64,000 nucleotides of DNA from the human T2T-CHM13v2.0 reference genome, Homo sapiens. Shown here one piece after another: positions 1 to 19,727 of this stretch. The notes beneath the pieces were generated by a model that saw only the letters and a program-made list of their open reading frames with translations, searched no databases and had not been told where the DNA came from. Location of the stretch: assembly GCF_009914755.1 (NCBI RefSeq), contig NC_060930.1, one strand, 5' to 3'. The number at the start of each line of letters is the position of its first letter. Position 1 is the first letter of the stretch. Made by a program: the position numbers and the translations under genes.

Positions 1-670
1 CTGAGTATTTTTAGAAGTGGCCAGGATCATACTCCTGTGCTGGGGCCTGGACAGATGTGGTTTTTCTGTCCACCTGCAAAGTCAGGAGTGTCAAACACTC
101 GTTCTGGGGCATTCGCTTCTGGAGGTCCTTTTTCCTGTGTTGTTAGAACATACATAAGTAAATGGAGCTGGGTGACGGTCTGCGTTCGAGCCCTAAGACT
201 AGACCACTTGCAGATAATCAACACCATGTCACATAGCATCACAGCACTGGAAAGGAACTTCTGAGTCACTTAATCCAATTTCCACAGTAACCACGTGTCA
301 TCCACTGACAATGTGACCGAAACACCATGGTGGGAACAGGAAAGATCAAAAGCAAAGATAGTTTGGCAGATAATGTGTCTGATCATAACTTTTTCCATTA
401 ATATAGCTAGTAAACACCAATCCCTAATCTAATCAGCTCGATAATACCACTGCCTGCAAATAAAAAATGGCACATTATTTTTAGCACAGTGACCATAGGT
501 TACAGATATGGAGAATTTAACTGGAAACCTGACTGCCTTCACTAAGTACGTGAGTAACAGACCAAGGTAGCTCCTCCGCTGACCCTATGCCTTCCCGTGA
601 TATTCCATTTAGTTCCCTCGGAGTTTCTGTGGATGGTCCAGGCTCACTGGAGAAAGGTCTAGAAGGGGTT

Positions 671-1140
671 TGTGAAGCAGTGTCACTGGGCACTGTTTAT
701 GAACGTGTCTGAGCCTGGTGAGATAGAACACAGTCAAATTCAACAAACACCATGAAGTGGATTTCTTACTCACAGATGAACGGCAAGGGACTGCAGAAGC
801 CATGGCTCCATTGCAAGCCGGTCCCCAAGGCTCAGGAAAGCTGCCCGGGGCGGGTGGAGTCTCATCTGTGTGTACCCTACTTGCACCACAGTTGAGGGAC
901 CCCCAGAAAGCAGCCTGCCCTGGGTTTTATACCCTGGGGTCACAGGACACACTGGGCTGCAGTGTTGAAGGACGTCCTGTTTCTAGGGGAGACTGGGACA
1001 GAGCCCAGGCAGGCCCAGTCAGTCCCTCCCTATCTCGGGATGCAGCATTCCAGCATATTCTATGATTATTCTTGACAGCTATGAGTGAGAAGTGGGGCAG
1101 AACTGGGTTAGTCCACGGTCACCTGGAGAGCTGTCCTGCA
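671..1140 (-). mobile_element. 3' LTR of the ERVL provirus (LTR47-like)
   Basis: Runs TGCAGGACAG...CTTCACA on the minus strand and is preceded by the PPT. Confidence 0.7.
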
Positions 1141-1631
1141 GTCCACCTCCCAACCCAGGTAGCCCCTTCCACAAAGCCAGTCCATTGCCTCTGCCCTCCG
1201 ACCTCTCCAGATCTGGAGACGGAGGCGTGTCTTGTCAGGTTGATGTAACACCTTGACGGACACAGGCTCAGTGCAATGTCATTGAGCCATAGCCAGGTTA
1301 CACTTCACCAGGCCCGGGGGACCACAACCACAGCAGGATGGCCAGGCCTGCTGGGAGCAGCAGTCTGGCCCAGGATCCCAGTGATCCAGGTAACGAAGTT
1401 GGAGAAGAGTCCTTAGGTGGCCCCACTGTGACCCAGTGGGTCTGCCTCCAGATCTCCTCTCCTTGTGTCTCTGCAATCCCTGACATGCACACTCTTCTTG
1501 GTCAGGGAAGACAGTCTTGAACAATCCTGTCATCTGAAGCAGCCTTCCAGAAGGAGCCAAGGGCTGGCGGCTGGCTGCCCAGGCAGAGGCGGTGGAGGCA
1601 GTGATACCTGCCATGCTCAGGGACAGGTGTC

Positions 1632-2053
1632 TTTTTTTTTTCTTTTTTTTTTTTAATTTTTTTTTTTAAATTTTTTTTTTTTATTATACTCTAAGTTTTA
1701 GGGTACATGTGCACATTGTGCAGGTTAGTTACATATGTATACATGTGCCATGCTGGTGCGCTGCACCCACTAACGTGTCATCTAGCATTAGGTATATCTC
1801 CCAATGCTATCCCTCCCCCCTCCCCCAACCCCACCACAGTCCCCAGAGTGTGATATTCCCCTTCCTGTGTCCATGTGATCTCATTGTTCAATTCCCACCT
1901 ATGAGTGAGAATATGCGGTGTTTGGTTTTTTGTTCTTGCGATAGTTTACTGAGAATGATGGTTTCCAATTTCATCCATGTCCCTACAAAGGACATGAACT
2001 CATCATTTTTTATGGCTGCATAGTATTCCATGGTGTATATGTGCCACATTTTC
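1632..2053 (-). mobile_element. 5'-truncated L1HS (pre-Ta) 3' end with poly(A) tail
   Basis: L1 3'UTR close to the remembered L1HS consensus. Diagnostic ACG (plus strand ...cccactaaCGTgtcatc) and G (plus strand attatactCtaag). Interrupted T tract of about 50 nt. Confidence 0.9.
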
Positions 2054-5000
2054 TTTTGTTTTTCATGAGCACTGACTCCTACGATGGTACCAGAGATCCC
2101 TTAGGGGACATAAACCCGGTCTGTTACTCCTCCTGACAGGTCCCTAGCAAGTCTGGTGTAAAGCCCCAGATTGTTGGCCCAATGGTATGGCCCATTCCCA
2201 GGGGTGATAGCCAGGTTGCTCCCAGCACACCCAGTGTACAGGATCCCACCATCTGCCAGCTTTGCTGGCATGACATTGCCCATCCCAGGGCTGCCCACAG
2301 AGAAAGGTGTAGCCCTTCCCCCACGTTACTGCTCAGTGCCTACTTGGGGGTGTGGAGGCACTGGCACTCACCAGCCAAGCCTCATGGACACAGAGTTGCG
2401 GAGCTCAGTCTCCCCTGCACAGATGGCTGCTACTAATCCAATTCTTATTTTCTTTATTGCATGGGGACACCTCCTGTCCATGGAAACAAAGGAGTGTGGT
2501 GTGTCAAAGGACCAGCCCATGGAGAGGCTTATTAGTCGTGTTCATGCCATTTTGCTGCAGAATCGGTTAAGTTAAAACATGGCACCTCCAGCTCCCTCCC
2601 ATGCCTGGGTGCCAGAGCCTCCCTCCGTCAGCCAGGGCTCAGGCCCCGTTGGGTGTGTGGTGGTGTCAGACACACAGATGTCATTCACCGCTGATGGGAT
2701 GAGAGGGTTGCTCTGGTCAGGGACAGAACGAGGTCCAGAAGGGCAGATCTAGCAGTTTGCCAGGTTGCCTGGGAGGGCTACAGCTCAGAGAGCCTGACAA
2801 AGGCATTGGGCTCCTGGGCGTCTGCTCCCACGTCTTTGTGGAAAAGCAGACACATTAGTGCCCCTCCCCCACTCGCAGTTCCAGGTGTTCCCCACCTGTG
2901 GACAAGGGTGGGCTGAGTTGCTGCAGTGACCAAGTCTGTCTGCCCCAGCCCAGGCCACTACCTCTGTGGCACCCATGGCCCCTGTTGCATGACTCAGACC
3001 TTCAGGCCTCAGTCATCTAGTCCAGGAAAGGGTATCACGTCCTGTACAAACAACATGTCCGATAATGTTGCCCATTCTAGTGGAAAATCAGATGTTCCCC
3101 CTGCCACTAGAGAGACCCTAGCGCTTTGGTATTCCTTGGTCCCATCCCCACTCCTGTGGGACCCCATAGAGGGGAGACCCCCAGGGGAAGTATTGAGTCC
3201 AGGTTCAAGTTGGGGGCCCTGTCTGGGGTACTATGGCAGCCTGAACCACAAACCACCTTCAGGACATGCACTCTAAAGGGAGAAGGGAAAAAGAATGGTT
3301 GGGAATGCTGAGATTGGGATTTCACAGGTGCAGCCTAATCAGGTGGCTGCCTGCCGCCCCCCCATCACCGTCACCCTTACAAGCCCAGTGTCTCTCAATG
3401 TGCCCTGCAGTGTCACGCTTCCCTCTAGCGCCGCTGGGTTAGGGTCTCCCTGACTGAGCTGGTCTTGGCACTTCCCTTGTGCGGGAGTACAGAGTTTAGG
3501 GTCCATAATACCCTAGTCAGATGGTGTCACCCCGCTAGCAGGCCATCTTGATGTCCTGTCTTCGGTTTCGTTGTGGGCAATGGTTCCATCATTCAGCAGC
3601 CCCGCTGGCCTGCAGGTGACAGCGCGCGTGGAAAGTCTATCCTATTTCGTGAGTACGCACCCACTGTTATACTGCTAAGGCAGTGAAGGATGTTCCTTGG
3701 GCAGAGTGAGGTTCCGGGATATCCAAAAACATGACAGAAGCTCCTCTCAAGGGCGGCCATGGTAGTCTCAACATCCACTTGAGTGACATCTCTGTGTCCC
3801 TTCCAGGCAGCAAGCTATTGTCATAGTCCTTTAACAGGAAACCCTTTAATAGTCCAGCCACTCAGTAGCCATTCTCCTGAACAGTCATGTAGGCTGTTAG
3901 CCACAGTCCATGAATCAGTGAATATCTAACAAGATATGGTGGTGGCTTGCATGGCCATCACCCCTGCCTGTGGTCCAGCCCGTTGGACAGAACATCCATG
4001 TGCAGTCTCAATTGAAAGACAGCCATTCACTGGCTGGACAGTGGCCGCAGCCCAGTGGACCCTGTCTGCTCGTTGTTTTGCAGAGCTGTCAGTAAGCCAT
4101 GCCATATCATAGGCAGTCCAGTCTCTGAATCTGAATCTTGGGTCCCAGGTAGCCCCAGGAGGAGCTGAAGCACCCCTGTCAGCTCACATGGTACCTTCTG
4201 TCAAGCTAGCCATTATTCATGAAGCCCACCGGCCCCTTGGATACTGGCTGGATCCAATCTTAAAGGTACTATTTTCACTTAACAGTTGAGCTCTGATGAG
4301 CCTGTTTGATTTTATTGGTGGAATTTGTAAGCATTCAAGTTGGACAGTTCAGGTTGCAACATCACATGTGGATGTCCAGTTTCCTGCACTGCCCAGTAGC
4401 AATCAAGCAGTTGCCATTCAATAGATGTACATCTGGGGGCTGCTTTAGGAATTACGTGTCCAAAACCTGAGGCCGGTGCACCCCAGTGGCAGTTTCCTGT
4501 TGCAAGAGGCTCCAATTGGCACGTGTGGAGATGGCAGACACCTATAATTCCATTGGGCTAGCAGACTCTAAAAGTTTTAAAGGCTGTGCCCCAGACAAAA
4601 GTTGTTAAGTGACTTCCAAGTCCTGCTATTACAAAGGGCCCTGTTCAAAGTTGGCAGCTTTGCCTGTCACCTTGACTAAGGAGGGCAAAAGAACACAAGG
4701 TGGGTATATGCTGTCTCCAGCACTCAAAGAGACCTACCTGCTATGGAACCTCCTCTTGATTAGTGGATGCTGCCAGGCCAACAGTTTTTGCTTGATGGCA
4801 TCTGGGATATTTCTTTGGCTTCCTGCCCAAGTGGCCTTGGCGTTCAGCCTGCAACAGTCTGTTGTTGGTCTCCATCCCCTGAAGGTCTTTTTGACCAGCC
4901 AAAGTCAACCGTCACATTGCGACAGAATGGTTTGTAACATTTTTATCAGAATTAACGCAAAGTCCTGTTCTCCACTTTGCATTCAGTACTGCTTTTGTTG

Positions 5001-5133
5001 AACACCCCACTGGGGCTTGGGGAGCTTAGGTGGTAGGCAGGAGTGGATCTGCGCCGCTGTTGCTGTGAGGGCATGCCGTCTAGGTGGTGTGACGTTCTGT
5101 GCCACAGCAGCCCAAGTGTCGATGCCTATAATG

Positions 5134-5461
5134 CAGAGGTCCTCAACCATTTTGGCACCAGGGACTGGTTTTGTGGAAGACAGTTTTTCCAAGACAGGGG
5201 AGTGGATGCTTTCAAGACGATTCAAGCCCATTATATTTACCATTACCTTCTCGTAAGGTGCACGCAACCTAAGTCCTTCGCATGCGCAGTCCACAGTGGG
5301 GCTCGTGCCCCTGTGAGAATCTAATGCCGCCGCTGTTCTGACAGGAGGCGGAGCTCAGGTGGTGATACTCCCTCGTCCATGCTCACCTCCTGCTGTGCGA
5401 CCTGGTTCCTAACAGGCCACAGGTCAGTACCAGTCTGTGGCCCAGGGGGTTGGGACCCCTG
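5134..5461 (-). mobile_element. MER1B hAT-Charlie DNA transposon (MITE)
   Basis: Termini CAGAGGTCCTCAACC / GGTTGGGACCCCTG. 8-bp TSD-like CTATAATG (5126-5133) / CTACAGTG (5462-5469). Confidence 0.85.
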
Positions 5462-5944
5462 CTACAGTGCAGAGGTGGGAACCGTGGTCACTGTGCCCAA
5501 AATGGCTCAAAGGGCCCCACCCACAGCAAATAGGCACTGTCAGTCGCCATGTCTGTCCTCAAACCTGCCGATGGCATCAGTTTAATTTTTCTCTTCTTTG
5601 ACAGGAGCATGGTGGGGGCCTGGAGACCTTGTCCCCACCCTTAATTGCACCATTTCTTCTGTCCTCTCTCATCAGCTATCCCAGAGAGCCACGACATGGC
5701 CTCCCCTGCATTTTGCCCACATCTGTCCCTTAGATCCAAATTCTCCTTTTCTGTGAAGACCCACATTGTGCATGCGGGTTCCCTCTCGGGTACCCCAGGG
5801 TCCACCTGCGTACCCACTCCTGAACTCTCCAGCCCCGGGAATGAGTGATCACATGAGTGCCCAGCAACCAGGGGGTTGTGTGCCATGCTCTCATTTCCAT
5901 ATTCTTTTCTCCCCATGTCAGTCCCTACAGCCAGCTCTCTCTCA

Positions 5945-5945
<1 letters not shown>

Positions 5946-5980
<35 letters not shown>

Positions 5981-5987
5981 TGTGTGT
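5946..5987. repeat. (TG)n microsatellite
   Basis: About 20 TG units with one interruption. Confidence 0.95.
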
Positions 5988-6340
5988 AGGGAGGGTGACC
6001 TCTGTTCCACTTATCACCCTTCCTTCTCTATAAAACTTCCAGCTTCATGTCCAGCCCCCTGCACCCCCAGGCTGATGTCTCTGCCTGGGCTGGGTACTGA
6101 GGGGTACCACCCTCCCACTTTGCCAAGAAGCCATGGTCCTGTCAGACCAGACCCTGCTCACTGGGCCAGTTTTGTGAAGTAGGTTCACAGGGAACTGGTT
6201 AACAACTTGTCTGAGTCTGGTGAGACAGAACACGCCATCCCCACCCCACCCCAAATCTAGTTACATGAAGTGGGATTCTTGCTTGTAGATAGGTGGCAAG
6301 AGAAAACAGAAGCCCAGAGTCCATTGTGAGCCAGTCCCCC

Positions 6341-7075
6341 TGAAACCACCTTTGCAACAATTATAACAGTGAGAAAATCATGGCAGTGAAAGAAATCTGG
6401 TTTAGCCAACTCCTTTCTTGCCTTTAGCCTTCAAACTGCCCTTAACTATTCCTGGGCTTGGGCCAAGCTAACTTTGGGAGATATTTAGCTTATAGTTTAA
6501 ATGATAATAGTCCTTCTCCAAACAAAATTGCTTTTGTAAAACTAATGAAAGGCCACCAAGCTGGGAGGATGAGAGGAGCCCAAATTCTGCTAAGGTGTAC
6601 ACATAAATTATTACCAGACATTATTGCGGAGTTCACAAGGTGTGTAACTTCCCCAATGACTCCTGAAGATAACATCACTATTGTAGAACCTAAGATTGGC
6701 CTTTTAAGATGTCTTTTCAGGTTTTTTGCATGTCTGACACTGATGACCCCACCTGGACCCACCAACCCCTCCTGTGGCCCCAACCAGAAGTGACTCAGCG
6801 CCAGGAGAACCATTTCCCACAGCCCAGTGATGGCAGCCTTGACCAATCAGCAGGAAACACCCAGCCTAGCCACCACTCCTCTCTTACCCCAAACAATCTT
6901 TGAAAAACCCTAACCTCCCGACTTTCAGGGAGGTTGATTTGGGGAATAATAAAACCTTGACCTCCCATTCAGCCAGCTCTACGTGTGCAAAACTCTTTCT
7001 CTGTTTCAACTTCCTTGCCTTAATAAATCAACTCTGTCTGGACAGCAGGCAAGAGGAACCCACTGGGCACTTAAA
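6341..7075 (+). mobile_element. Solo LTR8-family (LTR8B-like) ERV1 LTR inserted in the ERVL 5' LTR
   Basis: Starts TGAAACCACCTTTGCAA and ends ...GGCAAGAGGAACCCACTGGGCACTTAAA. The host LTR sequence resumes after it (CCAAGGCTCAGGAAGGCTGCCC). Confidence 0.78.
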
Positions 7076-8149
7076 CTCCAAGGCTCAGGAAGGCTGCCCA
7101 GAGTAGAAGTCTGGAAAGAGTAGAACAGAGGGTCTTTGGCCTATGTGGAGATTAAATGAACCTGTACATATAAATACCAATGCAGAAACTCACTTCCTTC
7201 TTCCTAACTTGCTTCTCAGAACATTGGCAGCCAGATCTTTAATATCTAGGCAGGAAATTGGAAGTCTCCCCTGGGATTCTAATCAGTGAAAGAGGAAAAA
7301 CCTAGAGACCCTGAGAATGGTCCATCCTAGAATAAGCTGCAAGCTGACGATGACCGCCTAGGTGCACAGAGCTTGTAATCAGTTGTCTAGTCCCCCACTC
7401 TTAGCCCCAGGAAAACCAATTGTCAGACGCCCAAGAAAAATGATATTTCAGAATACCGAGCGTAAAGAGAATGTGTTTCAAATTTCCGAAGAAAAAGACA
7501 GGTCACATACAAAGGATCGGGGACTTGCAAATGTCAACACTGGAAAAATAGAAGGCAATGGAGTATTGCCTTCAAAACCCAAAAGGACAATGATTTCCCA
7601 AGTAGAATTCTAACCACAACTATCGAGCAGATCTGATGGCAGCACAAAACAGGTGCAGACATGTAAGTTCTCAACAACAACAAAAGTAATTGCCCATATC
7701 ATTTTCCAGGAAGCAGCCAGAGGGTAGCTTCCCCCAAAGAAGAGAATGAGCCAAGATAAAGGAAGACATGGAATATAGAATATTAAGAAGTCCAACCTAG
7801 AAGGAAATGGAAATCTCTAGGATGATGTAAATCTTCAGCTGAACAACAATAAAAAATTCTGCAATGACAAATAAGTGTAGGGCACAGCAGGCACCCCAGC
7901 CAGAACAGGCCGTGTGACTCTGAGGCAGCACGCCACTATCGATGTCACTGCCTCCTCAGCCTCGTGCCACCTCCTCCCTGGGATGAAACAATGGGAGGAT
8001 GTGCTCCACCAACCAAGGAGATAAAGTCAAAAAATAGGAAGATGTGAGATCCAGGAAACAGAGAATCCAAGCAGGAAAAAGGCAGAAGGAATTCCATGAG
8101 TTAAAGTAAAAAGATTTGTTCATCATATCTAAATACAGCTGGGGGGAAA

Positions 8150-9210
<1,061 letters not shown>

Positions 9211-11437
9211 TTGGGGGGATGTAAAGGGAAGTCCCAGGATACGACCTATGCAATCATTCCAGACAGAAGAGTAAAGAGGTTTGCAGCGGAGGATATCTCC
9301 ACAAACAAAGTGGACCCAGCTGATTAACTGAGGTTATTGACCTTGCTGAGAATAGCACTGAGAGGCTATTGAAAAGCATGGGGAAAATTACAGGCACAAA
9401 GAAACTGAGCAATGAAAAACAAGGCAACTATTATCCTCAGGAAAAACATCAAAGCAAGAAGGGACCAATCAGAGTTTATGATGCTGCTCAGTTGTGAATA
9501 ACCCTTGTGTGATTATAAAAATATTAATACCAAATGTTATTTAATCCAAAATTATAACCAAAGAAGATGGTGATAGGAAGCAAAGGGAATAGTGGAAGCC
9601 GAGAGCTAAATCCTCACCCATCCTAAGTGAAAATCAATTCTCTACCGACTTCGTTCTGTTCAACTTCCATTGACGAGCACAACCTCCCCTTCAAGCCTGA
9701 TTCCCCATATAAGTCCCTCTATTCAGGACTCTGTATGCACCCAGGACTATGGGAGAACAGGCTGTCCAAGGCAATGGACTAGTCTGAGGACAACTGGGCC
9801 CAAGTTATCTCTGCTCTCTGGTTCCTCCACCCATTTTTACTGCACCGAGGACCTCACTCACCTGACTCCTTTCTCGCCTTCCTCAGTTGTGCCAATTCCT
9901 CCCCCACCACTCACAGTATCTTGTCTTGCAGCCCAGGCCAGTCTTAGCAAGGGTTTGCAATCAGAAAGACTCAAATATGCCTCCAAATCTTTCTACCTTA
10001 GGCTGCACTTGGAAACCACGACATCAAAGTCAGAAGTTTTTCATCTTTAGCTTTGGTTTCCTGGACACCAGGGGTTTCCCTGGGTGTGGTGGGAGAGAAG
10101 ACAGAGGAACACCTGGTGTGGGGAAAACAGATTAGTACTTGGAGTTATAATTGTGCTCTAGTGATTGGTAGGTAATGGAGAGTCATGGAAGGTTTTCAGT
10201 CAAAGGAGCGACTTCCTTGGATTAGAATTCTGTATTGTGAACTGCGGCTGCAGTGGAGTTGAATCATGGGCTGTTCCCATGGGCTGGGCAAGAGAAGGTG
10301 AAATCTCCCACGATGAAGGCGGGTGAGGACAGAGCGGGATTGACAGATTCTGGGGTTTGGCCAGAGGAGAATTAGTAAGAGGGTGACTCAGGTGTCTATC
10401 CTGGGGAACAGGTGCTACTCATGAGCCGGTAAGGCACAGGTGTGGTCAGGAAGTTTCTGATTAAGGATTTGGTCATCTCCCTCCCTCCCTTCAGTCTCTG
10501 CTGAGACAGAAAGGAGTCCAGAGGTTTTTGAAAGAGGGGAACTCCCAAGAGGGATGGTGAGGGTAATTCTGGGAACTCTACAAACTTATGCTTGAGGTTA
10601 CAGTTGTGTAATGGAGGTGGCTGACTGTCCTACGGGTTAGCTTTTCTTACTCTGTGAAAAGGAGTGCCTCTTAAATATGTAGAGACTGTTTCACAATCAT
10701 CATAACATAGTCAATACTGCAGGCCTCGGTGACTCCCCACCTAGGCAATGCTATGCCTTATCACCCACAGAGGCAGGCTTCGGTCATCATTCGGACATTG
10801 CACTGTGCTGTATAATTCAGGTGTGGTCCTTAATTTTATAAAACCTAGCATTTCAGAAAAGCCATCACCCCAATTAACTTAGCAGTCTTAAGGATCCCTA
10901 AATACTCACACAGGTTGGAAGCTTAAACACTTTCACACATAATTGCAAAAGAGTTGGTACTTTGTCAGAGAGAAAATTTGCTAGGAACAGGGCAGGTTCA
11001 ACGCCATCTCCTAGAAGTCTTCTGACCAGAATTAATTTTTTTGTACAGTCCAATAAGGCTAGTACAGTATCTTTAATATTCCATTACTTTTCATGGTCTG
11101 CTTTGTATTTTAGTTAAATTACTAGGATCTAAAGAAGGTACAAAGATAAGCAAGAAGTGGGTATTTGCCCTTGTGGAGTTTACGGTAAGTCTATTATATT
11201 TTCAGCTTTAAGACAGAAATGCTAATGGTAACTCAAAGAAGTAATATGTGGTGCATGTTAAATAGCAGTGGAGGGCCAAGGACATGAGCGAGGATGCCTC
11301 TCCACCAGCAAAAGATCCAGGTGCAAAGAGCACTGAAGGCATCTTGGAGGGTAAGCAGTATTTCAACAGGTGGAGATGGCAGAAATCAGCATTCCAGAAA
11401 GAAGACAGGGCATCCACAGCTCTTCTTCAATAGAGGA

Positions 11438-11653
11438 AATGGTTTCTCAGCTGCAGCATGACTGACATTTTGGCCGGATAATTCTTTGTTGTGGGGGCTG
11501 TCCTGTGAGCTGTAGGCTGTGTAGCGGCATCTCGCTGTCAACCCACTGGATGCTAGTGACACTCCGACCCCAGTGGTAACAACCCGGAATGTCTCCAGAC
11601 ATTGCCAATTGACCTTGGGGTTGGGGGAAAAATCACCTTGGGTGAGAGATACT
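11438..11653. mobile_element. MER20 DNA transposon, followed by (TG)n(TA)n at about 11694-11738
   Basis: Contains ggataattctttgttgtgggggctgtcctgtg and aatgtctccagacattgccaa. Confidence 0.75.
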
Positions 11654-11694
11654 GATACAGAATATATATACACACAGACACGTATATGAGGGTA

Positions 11695-11741
<47 letters not shown>

Positions 11742-12531
11742 ACTGTCCACGGCACTTTGACTTCAAGAGAACTGATAATGTGCAGCAAGTCCTCCAATAA
11801 TATCATTTCATTCATATCATTTTGTTATAACGTAAAGGAGAAAAAAACATGATTTTGTTATACATTGTTTCACTTAAAATTGCAGTTTCCAAAAACCTAT
11901 TGGTGAAGTGAAGACTTACTGCACATATATGTATGCATATGTAATATGCAAAACTGTACATGTATCTTTATAAATGTATATGTACACCAATATATATACA
12001 CATATATAGTTGAACCACTTGAAATTGTCCACACTTCACCATTTTTGACCTACAAAAATGGCACCTTTATATGGCTCAACAATGTAGACCCTATAAGATA
12101 TAGGTAGTGATAGACACAGCTAGAAAGATGAACTAGAGAGCCATTGTGAATGTCCAGCGGCCTAGATTACAGCAGGATGTATTGTAAAGAGGTGACGAAG
12201 GGTCATACAGTCAGACAGACACGGGGTTTTTCTGGTGCTGCTGTGCAAACCTGGGCAAGTCCTGCCTGAAAACGGGGATGAGGGTAATAACACTTACATT
12301 GAAAGATTACTGAAAAGATTAAATAAGATAATGTATGTAAAGTTTCTGGCACATAGAGCTATCATCATTCCTTAAATCAGTGGATAATAGGAGTTGTTGA
12401 AGATCTTGGAGCAGGCCGTTGGTGTGCTGGTATGTTGGTATGGCTGGATTTTAGGAAGCTGGATCTTGTGGCATCGATGAATGGTTGATTGGAGGGTGTT
12501 AGGGCAACAGTAAACAACAATGAAGATGTTA

Positions 12532-12906
<375 letters not shown>

Positions 12907-12929
12907 AGAAGGAATGGGTTGGAGACAGA

Positions 12930-17815
<4,886 letters not shown>

Positions 17816-19727
17816 ATGGACTAGAATTGGTTTAGGAGGAAGAGAATCTGTAGTTCTTTATAGCTTTGTGGTTGATGAGGATTGGGTGCTGGTGAAGAAG
17901 AAGGAGGAATCAAAATAAGTCTGTATTGTCTGGTATCTGTGCATTCAGGTATTTATGTAAGTCATTAGAAAACTAGGGTGCTCAAATTAGGGACAGTCTT
18001 AGGGCCAGTGTTTTCTCCAAAGTCTGTGCTTCAGGCCTGTTATTTTGTCATTTTATCCAGAGTGCAGTGCCTTCATTCTGTCTTTCTTGCCACTCATATT
18101 TCACTCTCAGATTCTTCATTCCTACAAAGATATAAATGACTAATCTTTACTAAGATGTAAAAGGTGGCTAAAGACCATCATTCCTGTAGTAAGCATTTTT
18201 ATAGTAAAGAAGACTCAAGATTTTAAGGTAACAGGGTGTAGCTTAGCCATGGAATTTCAGGCATTAGTCAGAGTTACATAAGCAAGATCTCCGGAAGCAG
18301 AGGAACTGGACTCCTCCGGGAACAGCTATAGACTATCAACATTTCTTCTTGGCTTAGATGAGCCTGGTTTCAGGTACAATAAACACTCAGTGTTCCCAAA
18401 TCCTCCAACATTTTTACCACTATAAAAAGGAAACACGCCTTGTTGATTTGTGTTGAAAATTCAAAGGTTATCATAACCTTCCTGCTCTCCAGGAAAATCC
18501 AGTTCTGACCAAATCACTTACAGCACATGAACCTGAACGCTGAAAGTTTATTTTTGCTTTCCCCCAGTATAACTGCTTGCTCTGCCACAGACCTCACAGG
18601 TGGCATTTTCAAAAATCATTAGGAATTTTGACCCATAATGCTTCAAACTCAAACCAAAGCTGAGACTGCAGAAATAGCAGTAAAATATCCAGCATCTTAT
18701 CTTATAATTAAGCTTGATGAATCTATCACTTTTTACTTCTGCTGCCTCATAATTCAGGAATGTAAAGGGACTTTATTTTGTGTGGGAGAGAACAGAATAT
18801 GGATAGATTTGCTGAAGTTACTGAGACAATGATAAGAGGAGAAATGAAATCAACAAGGAAGCTGTTGCCCGGCAACATGGTTGGTTTCAAAGAGACAGAG
18901 CAACCTTCGGTAATAACCATGAGCAATCTATGAAAATAACTCATGAATCCCTGAGTTAGAAAATATATATGTTGTGATTGGGTTAGGCTAAATACTTCCC
19001 CCAAAGAACCAAAGCATCTAGCTGTCCCGTTCTGTTCCATAAATATGAACTGTGCTTCCTGCCTAGGATCCCTCCCATTTGGAGTGCAGTCTCTGCCAGC
19101 TGGGACATTTTGTGGCTTTTGTATTTTTATATTTTGTTTTTATTACAAACCTGGTCTGTGTGTAATATTTTTACTCAGCACAATGAACTGCAGTGATGTG
19201 ATGTATCCAAATTATGCCAGATACCTTGTTTTGCCTGCCTGGTGAAGCTTTGCTGGCTTGATCACCAGCATTTGGCCAGTGTGTCCCATCCCTTAACAGG
19301 ACCATGAACACTAGTGAGGACCACAGGGTGGTATAGCTTGAAGGACCCTTACAGAACATTCTTCATTTTTGCCCATGGGGAATATGGCTTCTATGTCTGA
19401 TACGCTAACGGCCATCTCCTTTTGCTCTTTGAGTCAACAGCTCCAAATAGAATCTGGTCTTTATGTCATACCCTGCCCTGTCTTTTTCCTCTGTTAAAGG
19501 ACTCCTTGCCAGCAAGGACTCCACTATACTTATTCCTGGTCCCCAGCCACGAGCACAGTTTCCAGTATTCAGAAACATTAATACGTGGATCTGAGCAACA
19601 ATCTTCAAGATGCGTAGTAGATTTTGGTCTGCCACAGGCTGCCTTAAGCACATGAAGAAGTGTCACACCTCCCTCACCAGCCTGAGTTATGCTGGGGGCA
19701 GTAAAGTGGGTAAGAGCACAGACTTTG

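Larger units (their letters stand above)
671..7110 (-). mobile_element. Degenerate class III (ERVL) provirus with LTR47-like LTRs
   Basis: Two homologous LTR segments in the same orientation (671-1140, and 6173 to about 7110). PBS-like TGGCCCAGTGAGCAGGGT at 6151-6168 and PPT GGGAGGTGGAC at 1141-1151. Pol remnants on the minus strand: EWQLLDCYWAVQET (about 4400), AWLTDSSA..WAAATVQP (about 4040-4105), IFTDSWTVANSL (about 3900) and integrase-like QGTSFT (about 3690). Confidence 0.8.
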
